From positions 19,034,001 through 19,098,000 of the forward strand of contig OZ024747.1 of assembly GCA_964016885.1 (NCBI GenBank): DNA of 64,000 bases, read 5' to 3'. The notes beneath the pieces are model-generated. The model saw nothing but the letters and a program-made list of their open reading frames with translations. It ran no database searches and was not told the origin of the DNA. The DNA is from Eledone cirrhosa (Eukaryota). The first letter of the stretch is position 1, and every line of letters starts with the position of its first letter. The position numbers and the translations under genes were made by a program. Below are positions 38,001 to 48,668 of the stretch, in pieces.

Positions 38001-40755
38001 TTTTTCTTTATCTAAAAAAAGAAACATAAAGTTATGAAGAACATAAAACAAAGTAATAGAAAATACATTTTAAGAGAAAAATAAAATAAGACAAATAAAA
38101 AATGAAAAGTAGATATGGTAAAAATTAATTTTCTTACATTTCTGAAAGCATCTGGGCAGCTTCATTGACATTCTTTCCAGATTTTTCCAACATATAAGCT
38201 TCAAACTGGAAAAGAAATTTGTACTGGTATATCATAGAGTTCCCACCTATTTTTTTCCTACATACTGAGCGCAGCCACATCATTGATGGGACCAGACTCC
38301 TGTCTTGTTGCCTACTTACTAAAACTTTGGTCTCTGATAAGTTTACTTTGAACTCTTTTGAACCTAAGCTGTTTCGACAGTAGGAATTACTTCTCTAGCT
38401 CTTCCACAGATTCAGCAATAAGAACCAAGTCATCAGCATACAGAAGCTTCCATGGACAGCTAATCTTAACCCTTTAGCATTTAAACCGGCCGTATCCTAC
38501 CAGAATTCTCTCACCTCTTTCTGTTCAAATCGGCCATAATCGCCCCCCGCCCCCCTCATACTTATGTTAATGTATTGTTCTCAGAATAAATATCAAAATC
38601 TTGTATTATGTGAGATAAAGCTTTTACTGTGAAAATACAATAGCCTTGAGAATAGTATATATAGCAAACTCCCTTATTACGGCCTGGAGAACTAAACAAA
38701 AGTGGACTGAGCCTTCATGAACATCTACCTGCATTCTGAATTCCTCACTAAACTCATTACCTACTCTCACATTACTGACAACACCTCTGTACATGACATG
38801 CACTGCTCTCACAAGCCACTCTTGTATGCTTAGTTTCTTTACAGACCACCAAATAACAGATCATGGAACTCTGTGAAAGGCCTTCCCCAGATCAACGTCA
38901 GCTAGATATAAGAGGTAGACTTTGCTCGGAACTTCTCTTGTAGTTGTCTCACTAAGAAGAGAGTATCTATGGTGCTCCTTCGTGGCACAAAACCAAAATG
39001 CATCTTATCTAATTTGACTGATTAGATTTGCTAAAACTCTTTCTGTCACTTTCATAACTTTATCCACCAGTTTCATGCCTCTGTAGTCGCTCCTTTCTAG
39101 AGTATCACCTTTTCCTTTGTGTCAATTAATAAGTCTACTGCTAAGCTAGTCACCAAGTATGACCCCAATCCTGTATTACCTATGTGGGTGACTCGCTCGA
39201 CTCCTAGTTCACCAAATGATTCTAACATCTTACAGGAGTTATATTTAACTTATGTATATGCATACACACAAACATATCATCGTCATCATCATCACCGTTT
39301 TATGCCCATTCTTCCACGCTAGCATGGATTAGACGGGTTGTCCTGTTGTGGGCTCATACTGGAACTGATTTTGGCTTGATTTCTACAGCTAGATGCCCTT
39401 CCTAACACCAACCTCATTTACAGAGAGTGCTGGGTGCTTTTTTTCTGTGGCGCTTACACGGCCACTTTACAGTGTGGGCTGGGTGCTTTTTTGCCGTGGC
39501 ACCTCCACGACCACATTGCAGTGGGAGGGGAGGGGGCATATTGTCAATATGCTTCAGCTTGTACCCGTGGGAAGTTGGGTCTTTATATATATATGTATGT
39601 TCACACTGTAAATGTGGTTGGTGTTAGGAAGAGCATCCAGCTGTAAAAAACCTGCCAGAGACGGTTCCGTGCAAGCGAGGCATGATCTCCCGACTATTCC
39701 CGCATCAAATGGTACAAAACTGTCTAACCCATGCTAACGTGGAAGATGGACGTTAAACGATGATGATGATGATGATATATATATATATGTCTGTGTGTGT
39801 GTGTGTGTGTGTGTTAGGTAATTCCGAAGGAAAAGCAAAGGAAAAAAGAGTGCTCTATGTATAGAACAGAGCTATTTAATTAGAGAGTGAACATCAGAAA
39901 TCAGTCATCAGACAGAGATGCTATCATCTCTCATATAGGAGTGTTTCTGGCTGGTTTTCTATGGCTGGATGCCCTTCCTAACACCAACCACAATGACAGT
40001 GTGTGCTGGGTTTAATAAACACTATTTTAGCTTCACTGTGTAAAGTAAACAAAGTTGTGATAAATAAATATATAATCCAACAACTTTGATAAGTTGCTTT
40101 CACTTCTTTTTGCAACATAAAATAAGATTTAACCAAGTTTATTAGTTCCCTCAAAACACATTTAGTGAGTCAACATATGCTCTAACAAGAATTTAAATGC
40201 GCATATGATAATTATTAAGTGTAGCGTGTTCTCCTGTGTCTGTTTAGTTTGAAGGTGAAGATGAAAAGTAATTAGAAACGAAGGAAAAATGGATCTCTTT
40301 ACATATAATAAGTTTTCCGGATCGATTTGCTTGTTAAAATCCTAGTTTCATATATACTTAGAGAGTATTTTTGTCAGTACCTCTATTTTCAGAAAATCTG
40401 TCAATTGAGGTTATTTCATAATTACACAATTGGGGCAATATACGACGTTTGTGCTATTAGCAACATGCAAGAAGTAATTCCGTCTGAGAATCGAAACCGG
40501 ATCGTCAAATTTTCCTTGTCTGGATAAAACCCCCGCGTATCAAGTTCTTGACCGTCAAAATCTTCAAGTGAAGATTCTAAAACAAGATAACAGAGCTGGT
40601 ATCTTTACCTGTATATTGAAGTTTTTTGGAAACAAACTTCTGGCTGTGATCATCCATGCCTTGGCAGCATATGTGTCTGTTTTGATGCAGCTCTGAGCCC
40701 GCAATACAAGCCATTCTTCATCACTAAAGTTATCACTATTTACAACTGCCGCCAT
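23114..40755 (-). CDS. INTS10: Integrator complex subunit 10, complete 17-exon gene (2076 nt CDS, 691 aa)
   Basis: Exons 40609-40755, 38138-38205, 37163-37266, 36203-36342, 34754-34835, 33664-33819, 32557-32725, 31633-31790, 30962-31031, 30331-30488, 28849-28931, 28449-28514, 27111-27164, 25975-26172, 24929-25091, 24096-24192, 23114-23276 join in frame to TGA at 23116-23114. Diagnostic INTS10 motifs: AAKAWMITARSLFPKNFNIQ, SPVNCYRKLLVCDVLPL, DTWTW..FQIDMFIYQG, DDTALGHMIVLLQYDWP, FFNYVINIDILEEFAF, TVTRGVNKVVKEDFRATMERQISR. An in-frame upstream ATG at 40767 is a possible alternative start. Confidence 0.95.
24096..24192 (-). CDS. INTS10: INTS10 exon 16
   Basis: IDILEEFAFIKTAEGGKVSLDILPISTKDIA; 97 nt. 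Confidence 0.92.
24193..24928 (-). other. U12-type (minor spliceosome) GT-AG intron, INTS10 intron 15
   Basis: 5' splice site GTATCCTTAT from 24928. Branch-site-like TTTTCTTTAAC at 24216-24206, about 14 nt upstream of the AG at 24194-24193. No polypyrimidine tract between branch site and acceptor. Confidence 0.88.
24929..25091 (-). CDS. INTS10: INTS10 exon 15
   Basis: EKAFQTPMDDTALGHMIVLLQYDWPKNYAAFAKGVHLIQSRGSFTYNIFFNYVI; 163 nt; followed by U12 donor GTATCCTT. Confidence 0.92.
25975..26172 (-). CDS. INTS10: INTS10 exon 14
   Basis: KACELLLDIIGSLKQ...RQLWLTLCTESEILSYCIQLLLSCFK; 198 nt. Confidence 0.88.
26285..27065 (-). mobile_element. Head-to-tail cluster of 4-5 SINE copies
   Basis: Four repeated aaggatgaaa(g)gcaaag...gatttgaa(c)tcaga units plus a partial tail. 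Confidence 0.85.
27111..27164 (-). CDS. INTS10: INTS10 exon 13
   Basis: LRKSLQLASCFHSLGTYS; 54 nt. Confidence 0.87.
27435..27792 (-). mobile_element. RTE LINE 3' end fragment
   Basis: [57 protein letters not shown] plus (ATG)n tail. Similar relics at 7600-7960 (+), 21530-21910, 60920-61170 and 62480-62730 (+). Confidence 0.85.
28134..28197 (+). ncRNA. Type I hammerhead ribozyme-like motif (antisense within INTS10 intron 12)
   Basis: attttgt-CTGAAGA-t-ggcata.catatt(gtt)aatatg.tatccc-t-GAAA-tatata-TA-acgaaat. 7-bp stem I, long imperfect stem II, palindromic stem III ATATATAT. Confidence 0.5.
28449..28514 (-). CDS. INTS10: INTS10 exon 12
   Basis: GLFQDAVNNLQNSQSNMSEKMQ; 66 nt. Confidence 0.83.
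28849..28931 (-). CDS. INTS10: INTS10 exon 11
   Basis: FRKLCQNWQSDTWTWMGHFQIDMFIYQ; 83 nt. Confidence 0.9.
29860..30165 (+). mobile_element. RTE LINE 5' fragment (APE endonuclease start)
   Basis: LRFATINVSTMKDRCGDIV*MLVRR at about 30090-30163; left boundary approximate. Confidence 0.55.
30331..30488 (-). CDS. INTS10: INTS10 exon 10
   Basis: TKVKKLRPDIQTSSSPHVTASAEIPDSQMIIDHFMIAHKCYELLQTNEILQR; 158 nt. Confidence 0.85.
30962..31031 (-). CDS. INTS10: INTS10 exon 9
   Basis: SVNGLPAPLVLLEGIKTERSNS; 70 nt; phases 1/2 fit the neighbouring exons. Confidence 0.85.
31633..31790 (-). CDS. INTS10: INTS10 exon 8
   Basis: DYQWQQILLLYTRAGQNSQESSYHQILYMTAVVFFNCLYSYISCVDAEIFAS; 158 nt. Confidence 0.88.
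32557..32725 (-). CDS. INTS10: INTS10 exon 7
   Basis: ILSPTKQSMKKYPLIVGLQEKESQVSDPWGSLFKLIQQIAALLKWDIDPDFFSKP; 169 nt. Confidence 0.88.
33664..33819 (-). CDS. INTS10: INTS10 exon 6
   Basis: CDVLPLVLQKCCVTFPSVDLYKWMQKAIQFNISYVTQPPNPSECSSTPSSS; 156 nt. Confidence 0.9.
34754..34835 (-). CDS. INTS10: INTS10 exon 5
   Basis: LTLIETLILSESLSNVHSPVNCYRKLL; 82 nt. Confidence 0.9.
36203..36342 (-). CDS. INTS10: INTS10 exon 4
   Basis: IFAAVPTNVQCGMLLCMAKKISDILEQCRLLLLAMRKFPNLVTEQG; 140 nt. Confidence 0.9.
37163..37266 (-). CDS. INTS10: INTS10 exon 3
   Basis: FQNFPNEPKLWTELQSMLEAMQSDNVDSKSQLLT; 104 nt; GT-AG. Confidence 0.9.
38138..38205 (-). CDS. INTS10: INTS10 exon 2
   Basis: ttccag|FEAYMLEKSGKNVNEAAQMLSE(M)|gtaaga; 68 nt. 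Confidence 0.9.
38230..39235 (-). mobile_element. RTE LINE RT relic in INTS10 intron 1
   Basis: MYRGVVSNVRVGNEFSEEF, LLYADDL, FGFVPRRSTID motifs; interrupted by a MITE. Confidence 0.85.
38470..38663 (+). mobile_element. Truncated family A MITE inserted in an RTE LINE relic
   Basis: TTAA|ccctttagcatttaaaccggc left end; right TIR missing. Confidence 0.75.
39283..39776. mobile_element. Inverted pair of Ceph-domain/RTE-tail elements in INTS10 intron 1
   Basis: Same architecture as 20178-20622. Confidence 0.75.
40609..40755 (-). CDS. INTS10: INTS10 exon 1
   Basis: MAAVVNSDNFSDEEWLVLRAQSCIKTDTYAAKAWMITARSLFPKNFNIQ|gtaaag. Confidence 0.93.
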
Positions 40756-40760
40756 CTTGG
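40749..40760 (-). promoter_or_regulatory. YY1-type motif (CAAGATGGCGG) overlapping the INTS10 start codon
   Basis: Plus strand ccgccatcttgg matches the canonical YY1 consensus, often found at start codons of housekeeping genes. Binding is not demonstrated. Confidence 0.45.
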
Positions 40761-42324
40761 CATTCATATAACCGGCATGTTTAGTGAAAATATTAGTATT
40801 ATAAAAAAGGAACTAAGTTCGTCCAAGTATAAGACATTTAGACATCTATAAAAACGTGAATGAATTTTTGTAGTAAATCATTTCTAATGATATAGCAGTT
40901 GTTTTTGTAAGCGAAATATACGAAACAATCTAACTCTACCTCACCAAGGGAGCTAACTATTAGTAAAAATTGTTTACCCTCAGGTCAAACATGATTAATC
41001 TTTCCACGACTGTCTTACTTTCTAGAGGTGTCTTGTCTTTACGTCAAATAGTAGTGTTTTTCTACTATTTGATAATTTTTAGATATTAGAATATACTATA
41101 CCATCCTAAAACTGATTGTCCCCATTGTTTACAAACTTTGTACGCTTGAACAGCTTAATAAAGTAATTGACCAACTGCAATAGCCGTGTTATGTGGTTGA
41201 TGATCGATATACATATTTCTGCAAACAACAATGTTTAAGTTTGTATGTACGTATATATATGTGTGTGTAGAGAAATTATCGCTGTGTTAAATTTGCTATA
41301 ATTACGAAAATGCTGCGTGTCAGTTAATTTCCATATATGCAATATTCATCAACGCTGACTAGAATAGCTATGATATCACCTAGGATTATAATAAGCCAAG
41401 ATACTCAGCTAAAAGTCTCTTTTCCCTTATCTTCGCCATACGCGAAGACATGATGGTCATTTGAGACTGCTACATGTGGTTGCTCCTTTCTGCTCAGCCA
41501 AATACAAATAGAAGCTGTCTAATTTGTTAACCTCTTTGCACACACGCATTCAATTTATTTTAGAAACTCTACTACACTTAAACACATGAGTACATCATAC
41601 CAAAATACTTTTTTAAAGTTTATAATTATATAGCGAAAAATGTTTCTTCCCTGTGTTTTAATCTTATGGACACGACCACCCTGCGACCTTGCAGTGAAGA
41701 CAATAGATACATTTACGGCGCTGATTGTATGAAAATATTTTCTAGGGCCATCTGTTATCAGTAAAGTAACTAGCGGTCATTACGGCCCTTGCCATTCTGA
41801 GTTCAAATCCCGCTGAGGTTAACTTTGTCTTTCCTCCTTACAGGGTCGATAAATAAAGTACCAGTAATGCACTGGGATAATTGCTGGCCTTGTGCCAAAA
41901 GTAGAAACAATTATAAATACACTGTTCTGTGACCTTAGCATCACTCAGTTCTCTGCCAAACACAGCCTACCCATATAACAGTTTAGTACTACTCCCGCTG
42001 GCAGCATACTATCTGACTACAAATTGTCACTTCTTAAGGGAACACCCAGTGTTAAATAGAGAGACTCGCATAACACAGAAATCTTATTGAACACTATATT
42101 CATTTGTGAACACTATATCAACGATCGTATTTACGATTCGAAGTAGTCGTATTTTTTCCCTTTTTCTTTTTGTGGTGAAATAAAGCTATATATTAAGCCA
42201 GTATTTCTGCGAACTCTGTAAAATAAAATAATATAATACGATTTTGTTATAGTCCGTTGCAGAATGAATGGGTATATATACCCATCAAATATATGCTTCC
42301 TTGTTGTTGAGTGGATGATGTAAT

Positions 42325-42371
42325 CGTCTTCTGATGAGGGTCCAATAAGATCCGAAAATCGATTAAAGAGG
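42325..42371 (+). ncRNA. Minimal type I hammerhead ribozyme motif
   Basis: tctt-CTGATGA-gggtc(caataa)gatcc-GAAA-atcgat-TA-aaga. Intact core, 5-bp stem II, self-complementary stem III AATCGATT, stem I tctt/aaga; predicted cleavage after 42365. Confidence 0.7.
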
Positions 42372-43429
42372 TTTAACATTTGTTTTCAATTTCCAGGAAA
42401 ATACGCATTTTCTGGCATGTGTACCTGCCTATATATTAGATATGTGCATGTTGATGCAGTCTCGGTTGCGCACTGTATATTTTTACAGATATAACTTTAT
42501 CATACTCATCGGCTGCTAACACACTTCCTACTGTGAGAGAGAGAGAGGGATAAGTAGCAGATTTTATCATGAAGTTCACATCTTTTCATGTTTTGATTGA
42601 CATATATCACATTAATTATTTGCAATACATTCTGAATGTTGATGGTGCAAAGGTAACATCAAGTGTCATAGAATTGATGTTTTATGGAATTATTTACAAT
42701 CTTTGTCACTGAATGCAGACAGGAAAGATTAAAGCATCTGTCTAGAATTGTAGCGGTTTACTTGTATGTAATTCCACACTAATGCTACTGAAGAAATTTC
42801 AGAAAAAATATAATTTGTATACTATACACATGCTGAAATAATTGCATTTCTTTTTTCCTCTTTTGAAATATATATACATATCACAATATCTGTATTATCT
42901 TGTGTGTCAAGTTAGTTCTCATGTAGAAAGTGCATCCATCAAGGCCTATGAGAGTGCTTTGTTCTGAAGACCAAAAGCTAAGAAGGCCCCACAGCAACCA
43001 TACAACGTCTATTTTGAGAAAAATCTTTGCCTGCTTCAGGCCCCAAAGGGGTCTTGTACTGCCTTGCAAAATTTCTCTTGGAAGCCCTTGCATCCATAAT
43101 TTTAAAGTTTAAAAATCTGTAATAGAAGTGCATATTATGCATGAATAAATAAGGTAATACACGTCAGTGGAGGTGCTACGGCAAAAAAAAGCACCCAGCC
43201 CACACTGTAAAGTGGACATGTAGGCGTCACAGAAAAAAAAGCACCCAGCACTCATTTTAAATGAGGTTGGTGTTAAGAAGGGCATCCAGCTATAGAAATC
43301 AAGCCAGAATCAGTTCCCGTATGAGCAAGGCATGGTCAGCCGACTGGCTACTGCCCACAACAGGACAACCCATGTTAGCATGGAAGAAGGGACGTAAAAC
43401 GATGATGATGATGATTCATTTGAACTCTT

Positions 43430-44070
43430 ATTAATAACTGCATTGATTTTTTTCCAGGTAAATTGACATCTGACTTTTCCAAGAAGACTTCAAAAATAAC
43501 TAGTCACAACTTCTCTTGAAAATGGCCAAAAATTGGCATCATAGTATTATCAAGTGTCTACAGAAAAAGGTTTCTGCTTGGTGGGTGCCACATCTTCTGA
43601 CACCTGATCAAAAGCACACTGGGCTGATCACATCACAGGAAAATCTGACATTGTTTGAGGCCAATCTAGTTGGTTTCCTTGAATGTTTCCTAACCTAGGA
43701 TGAGTGTTGGATTCATGACTTTGAGCCAGTGACAAAGAGATAATCCATGCAGTGGAAACACCCATCCTTACATCCTCCAAAGAAGGCCAAGATAGTTTCA
43801 TCTGCAGGTAAGGTGATGGCCTCAGTTTTGGGGGATGCAAAAGGCATTGTGTTTATTAACTAGCTACAAAAGGCTACAACATCATTGGAGAGTACTATGT
43901 CAACTTGCTAAGGCAGTTACGAAAAACTATCCAGATCAAATGCCCAGGAAAACTGTTGAAAGGAGTCTTGTTCTTCAGGACAATGTTCCAGCAAACAAGT
44001 CCTTGGTTTCAATGGCTGCCGTGCATGACTGTGTCTCTGAACTGGTTAATCACCTTACATATTGGACTAG
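43430..44070 (+). mobile_element. Mariner transposase relic
   Basis: MAKNWHHSIIKCLQKK / VSAWWVPHLLTPDQK ... FLT*DECWIHDFEP..K..SMQWKH...PPKKAK...SAGKVMASV..DAKGI ... LQDNVPANK. Shows the WVPRLL motif and first two catalytic-Asp regions, with stops and an internal deletion. Confidence 0.88.
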
Positions 44071-44289
44071 AGGCTTTTGTTGTCACCAACATGACTACGT
44101 TACAGGATGGTTTGAGAGCCTTTATCCATTAGTCATTTCGGTAGCATTGTGGGAGAGCATGTTTATTTTCCTATGCTTGTTGCTCAAGAGGGGTGCATCA
44201 GATGTGGAAAGGTGGGCTTGAGGGTATATGGAGAGGTAGGTTTAGGGTGGGGGTATTTAGCTGGTGAAGGTATAGTGTTAAGACGTGGG

Positions 44290-45335
44290 TGGGGGAAGTG
44301 GTGTGCTCTAGAGACCGTTAGATGTTGCTTCATCCCATGCACATGGGAAAGCAGGTTTTCTGCAGTATTGCATAGCATCAGTGATTTCAATCCTACGTCA
44401 TCACCTTCGAGAGGTGCAATTATGTGAGGTGAGCTTTTTTCACCTCATCTCAAACTTTCCTAAGTCTTCCTTTTGCATAGATTCCATCAACTTTGACTGC
44501 CCTGCAAACTTCATTTCTTTCCAATATACTTATATCCTCTGCACACAGCACCCAAATCTCACTACCATGCAACATTGCTGTTCATATACACGCATCATAC
44601 AATATGCTCATCATTTTGAGCGATAAACCGTTAGTAGCTAGCAGCAGTAGCTCCCTGAACTTTTTCTATCCCGTTCTCACTGTGGCTCCTGTACTTTCAG
44701 AACACCCACCTCCACTACTAATTTGGTCACCCAGGTAACAGAAGCTATCCACTGCTTCTGCAGAATCTTCCAAAAACTTGATAGCACTTGATTCCTATGA
44801 GTGTTTGTTACTTACTGCTCCTGTGCAAAGGTTACATGCAAAACCTATGTTCTTAGCTAACCTACCTGAGATCCCACTACAGCTCGTGTACCCATAGTTT
44901 GCTGTTTGGACAGAGGATGGAATCTCTATCTATGCCTTTCTACACTGAGCAAAATCATTTCCCTGAGAGCATTTGGGCTCTGTTTTCCCTTCTACTTATT
45001 AGGACCTTAGTCTTTGTCAAGTTAACTTTAAGACCCTTTGATTCTAGGCCATGCTTCCAGATTTGGAATTTCTTCTCTAATTCAGCTGCAATACAGGAGT
45101 TCCCATGGGCAGCCAGTCTTAAACTCCTGTTACAGCCTGCAGGATGATAATAAACAGGAGAGCCCTGGTGGACACAGACTTGCATGTTAAATTCTTCACT
45201 ATAATCATTGTTCAGCCTAACTTTGCTGACTGCTCCTCTATACATGGCTTGTACAGCTTTCAGAAGCCACTCATTTACTTCTAGTTTTCTAAGAGCCCAC
45301 CAGATAATTGCATGGTGGATTCTCTCAAAAGCGTT
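44290..45335 (-). mobile_element. RTE LINE relic
   Basis: [49 protein letters not shown]; same family as 10932-12992. Confidence 0.87.
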
Positions 45336-46806
45336 TATATATATATATATATATATATAAAACTAAGAACATCACTTTCCTAACTAAATCTAAACCAAAC
45401 CCATGCTACCCAAAAACTGGAGCTAACACAAATCATATATTTAGGCACTAAACTTGCAGTCATTAGAACATCGGATAGAATGCTTTGTGGTATTCATTCC
45501 AGCTGAGATCAATTTTGCCTTTTATCTTTTTGAGATCAATGAAAATAGGTACTAGTCGAATAGTGGGGCTGATTCTTTCTCTTAAAGAAATCAACTATTA
45601 TCAAACCCAAAGAGGTTTAGGATCCATTAGGTTTAAAATGTTCAAGACATGCCGTATCACAATAGTACCTCTACCACTGTCAGAAGGTTCATGGACTATA
45701 TATGACTATATATATATATAAAAATGGAGGTATAACAATTGATATCCAAACTGAAAATAAATATATATTAGATATTTATTGAAAATTTAGAAGCTTCAGC
45801 ATATTTTTTTTAACTATGAAAAATAGTCTAATAAATAGGTCATAAAAGACCCTGGATGGAAAAAAAATACATTGAAGCTTCTAACAAACTGATAAGTTCA
45901 CTCCACAATTTTAGATCAACAAAATTTGATATTAAAATTTAAAACCTTTCTAAATAGAGTTTTCTATTTTATTAATCAAGTGAGCAAACTCAATTTTAAA
46001 CAAATTCAGTTTTTCTAGAGTAAATTAAACAAAGAAACTAGAATTTATTCTATCTAATTTGTTAAACAAGGAAATAAATCATGAAATTTAATGGAACATC
46101 ATTTTTTTTAGAAGAAAGTTTAAAAAGGCAACAACAGTAATGATGATGATGATTCAAAGGAATAAGTTAAAATAAGTCATTTGTTTTTGTAAATAACTAA
46201 ATTTTTATTTTTTTTTTAATAATCTCCATTTAAAAAAAAATTTCATATTGTTAAATTGAGGGAACAGTATGAAGCATTAATCAAAGTGGCCCAGCAGCTG
46301 GTATGTAACTGCTGTCTTACAATTACTAAAACAAAATAATATGAGAGAGAGAGAATAGGGTGGGTAAGAGGTTAGGATTAAATGTTTGTTATATTCAGTT
46401 CACGAATAAAATGAAAAAAAAAAAAAAAAAATCAAGCTTTTTAGTTATTAATCCTGAACACTTCAGAAAGAATAAGTTTGTAAACATGTTGGCAAAACTT
46501 TCACATCTAAAATGAAGCAACTTAAACATCTGTATGATATAAGTAGCTTACATTGTACCATCGTGATAACAAGTATAGGGAGGAGGAAGAGGAACAGAAA
46601 AGTGGGAAGACAGGAGAGAGAGGGAGGGAGGGAGAGTGAGAAGGGGAGATAGAAATAGAGAGAGGGGGCGGGGAGACAGGTAATTCCCACTTATCCAACA
46701 TTAGTGATCTGATGCCACAGAAGATACGTCTTAAAAAACAATTTAAGAAAAAACCCCCAAAAGACTTCTGGGTCACAGTAAAATATAGTGTCTTAATTTT
46801 GAATTT

Positions 46807-46912
46807 TCATGTTGTTCGAATTTTTCCTGGGACATAATTTTTGTCAATAGCTGGCTCTTGCAAGAACATGTGCAAACTGCGTTCATTTTGTGCTAATGGA
46901 TGGCCAGCAACT
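46807..46912 (-). CDS. SNX3: SNX3/12 terminal coding exon
   Basis: ctccag|VAGHPLAQNERSLHMFLQEPAIDKNYVPGKIRTT-TGA; 106 nt. Confidence 0.95.
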
Positions 46913-48549
46913 CTGGAGAAAATAGATAAAAAGATTTTTAAAATGAACAATGCATTTCAGTTTTGATTTAAAGTGAGAAAAAAAGATTACACGGCAAAGA
47001 TAATTGAGCAGGCTTTTGTTTTTCTTATTTAATGGAAATATTTTTAGACACATTAGTTTTTTAAATGCATGGATTCATTAAAAACATATTTGATTTAAAA
47101 ATTTTTTTAAAATTCATGAGGCAAAGAAGTGGAAGTGTTTCTAAAAACTAATTCAAATTCTGTCAAAAATATCTGAATCCTGTTGAAGAATGATTGTATT
47201 CATAAAGAAACCGGTTTCTTTCTAGTACAAAACTTGTGAACCAACAGATTAAACCAGTTGTTTTACAAGAGTTAACAAATAAATTAAATCATTGATAAAT
47301 AAATTTTTAAAATGTCTCAAATATATTTTACATGTCAGGAAAAATATTAATTTAATAAAGTCAATGTTGTTAGAAAATGGGATTTACATTGAAACCTAGC
47401 ACTCAGAAAATGTTGTCCTTTATTGCTTCAGTGAGTCAAGAAGCAAAGGGTGATGCTGCAAGGATTGCATATTTGATCTACTGGACCAGTTAGACATTTA
47501 AACTTAGATCGTGCCAACCAGCATCGAAAAATAGATGTTAAACAGTGATTATAATGAATGTGTCTTTTTCTAAGATGGTGAGGTGTGATTTGAGGGAGAT
47601 TGGTCTGGACATGGAGGCAGGAAGAAATGATGATAAAAGTGTTCCAAATGAGATGAATCTAATGATTATAGTGATTTTATGTATGTGTGGCCACTTTCCA
47701 TTGTCTAACATAAGGAAACAGAACTAGATTAGTGAGATTCAGTGAATCTTTAATTGTAGAGAGAAACAACCAAACAAGTAGTGAATGGATTTAGGTGAAG
47801 AAATTATTTAGCTCAAGGTCAAGATCAACCCTGAACAAGTAGACCTATATTTAACCCATTCATTACCATATTTCTAAGAAAAGACTCTTTTACTCTTTTA
47901 CCTGTTTCAGCCATCCAGCTGAGGCCATGCTGGGGCACTGCCTATAATTTTCAAATAATTTGAAAAATAATCAAGAATTTAGTAATATAACTAGCTTCAT
48001 TATTAGGGTGGAGAATTGACAAAGTTGTTAGAGTGTTGAACAAAATGCTTTGCTGCATTTAGATATGGACCTTTGCATTCTAAGGTCAAACCCTATCACA
48101 GTCAACGTTGCCTTTCATCCTACTGGGGTCGATAAAGTACCAGTCACATACTGGGTCCATATAATCGGCTTTCCCAACCCAACAAATTGTTAGCCTTGTG
48201 CCTAATTTAGAAATCACTAGCAGAATGGCCCGGGGTTGCTCGGGATTCTAAACATAGATTGGCATGTTTATCCCGCCTTTCTGAAACAGTACAGAGAAGT
48301 ACAGAATACCTCAGCCTCAGGATGGTGTCTACATTTTGTGCTTATAAAAAAAATTTGTCGTAGATTACCAGAGTTTTTTTCCGTGCGAAGAAAATCAATA
48401 CTTTATCGCGAAATAAATACTTTTGTTTATATTTTGTTGTGTATGCAAAAATATCTGTACACGAATATATAATTATATATATATTAAAATTACAAATTAA
48501 AGTTTAAGCAAAGAATCGCTGCTTTCACCCTTAACGGGATCTTCTGAAA

Positions 48550-48587
<38 letters not shown>

Positions 48588-48631
48588 CTGTGAACGCAGA
48601 AGTAAATATTTCGAAAAACGTTACACACTAC

Positions 48632-48668
<37 letters not shown>

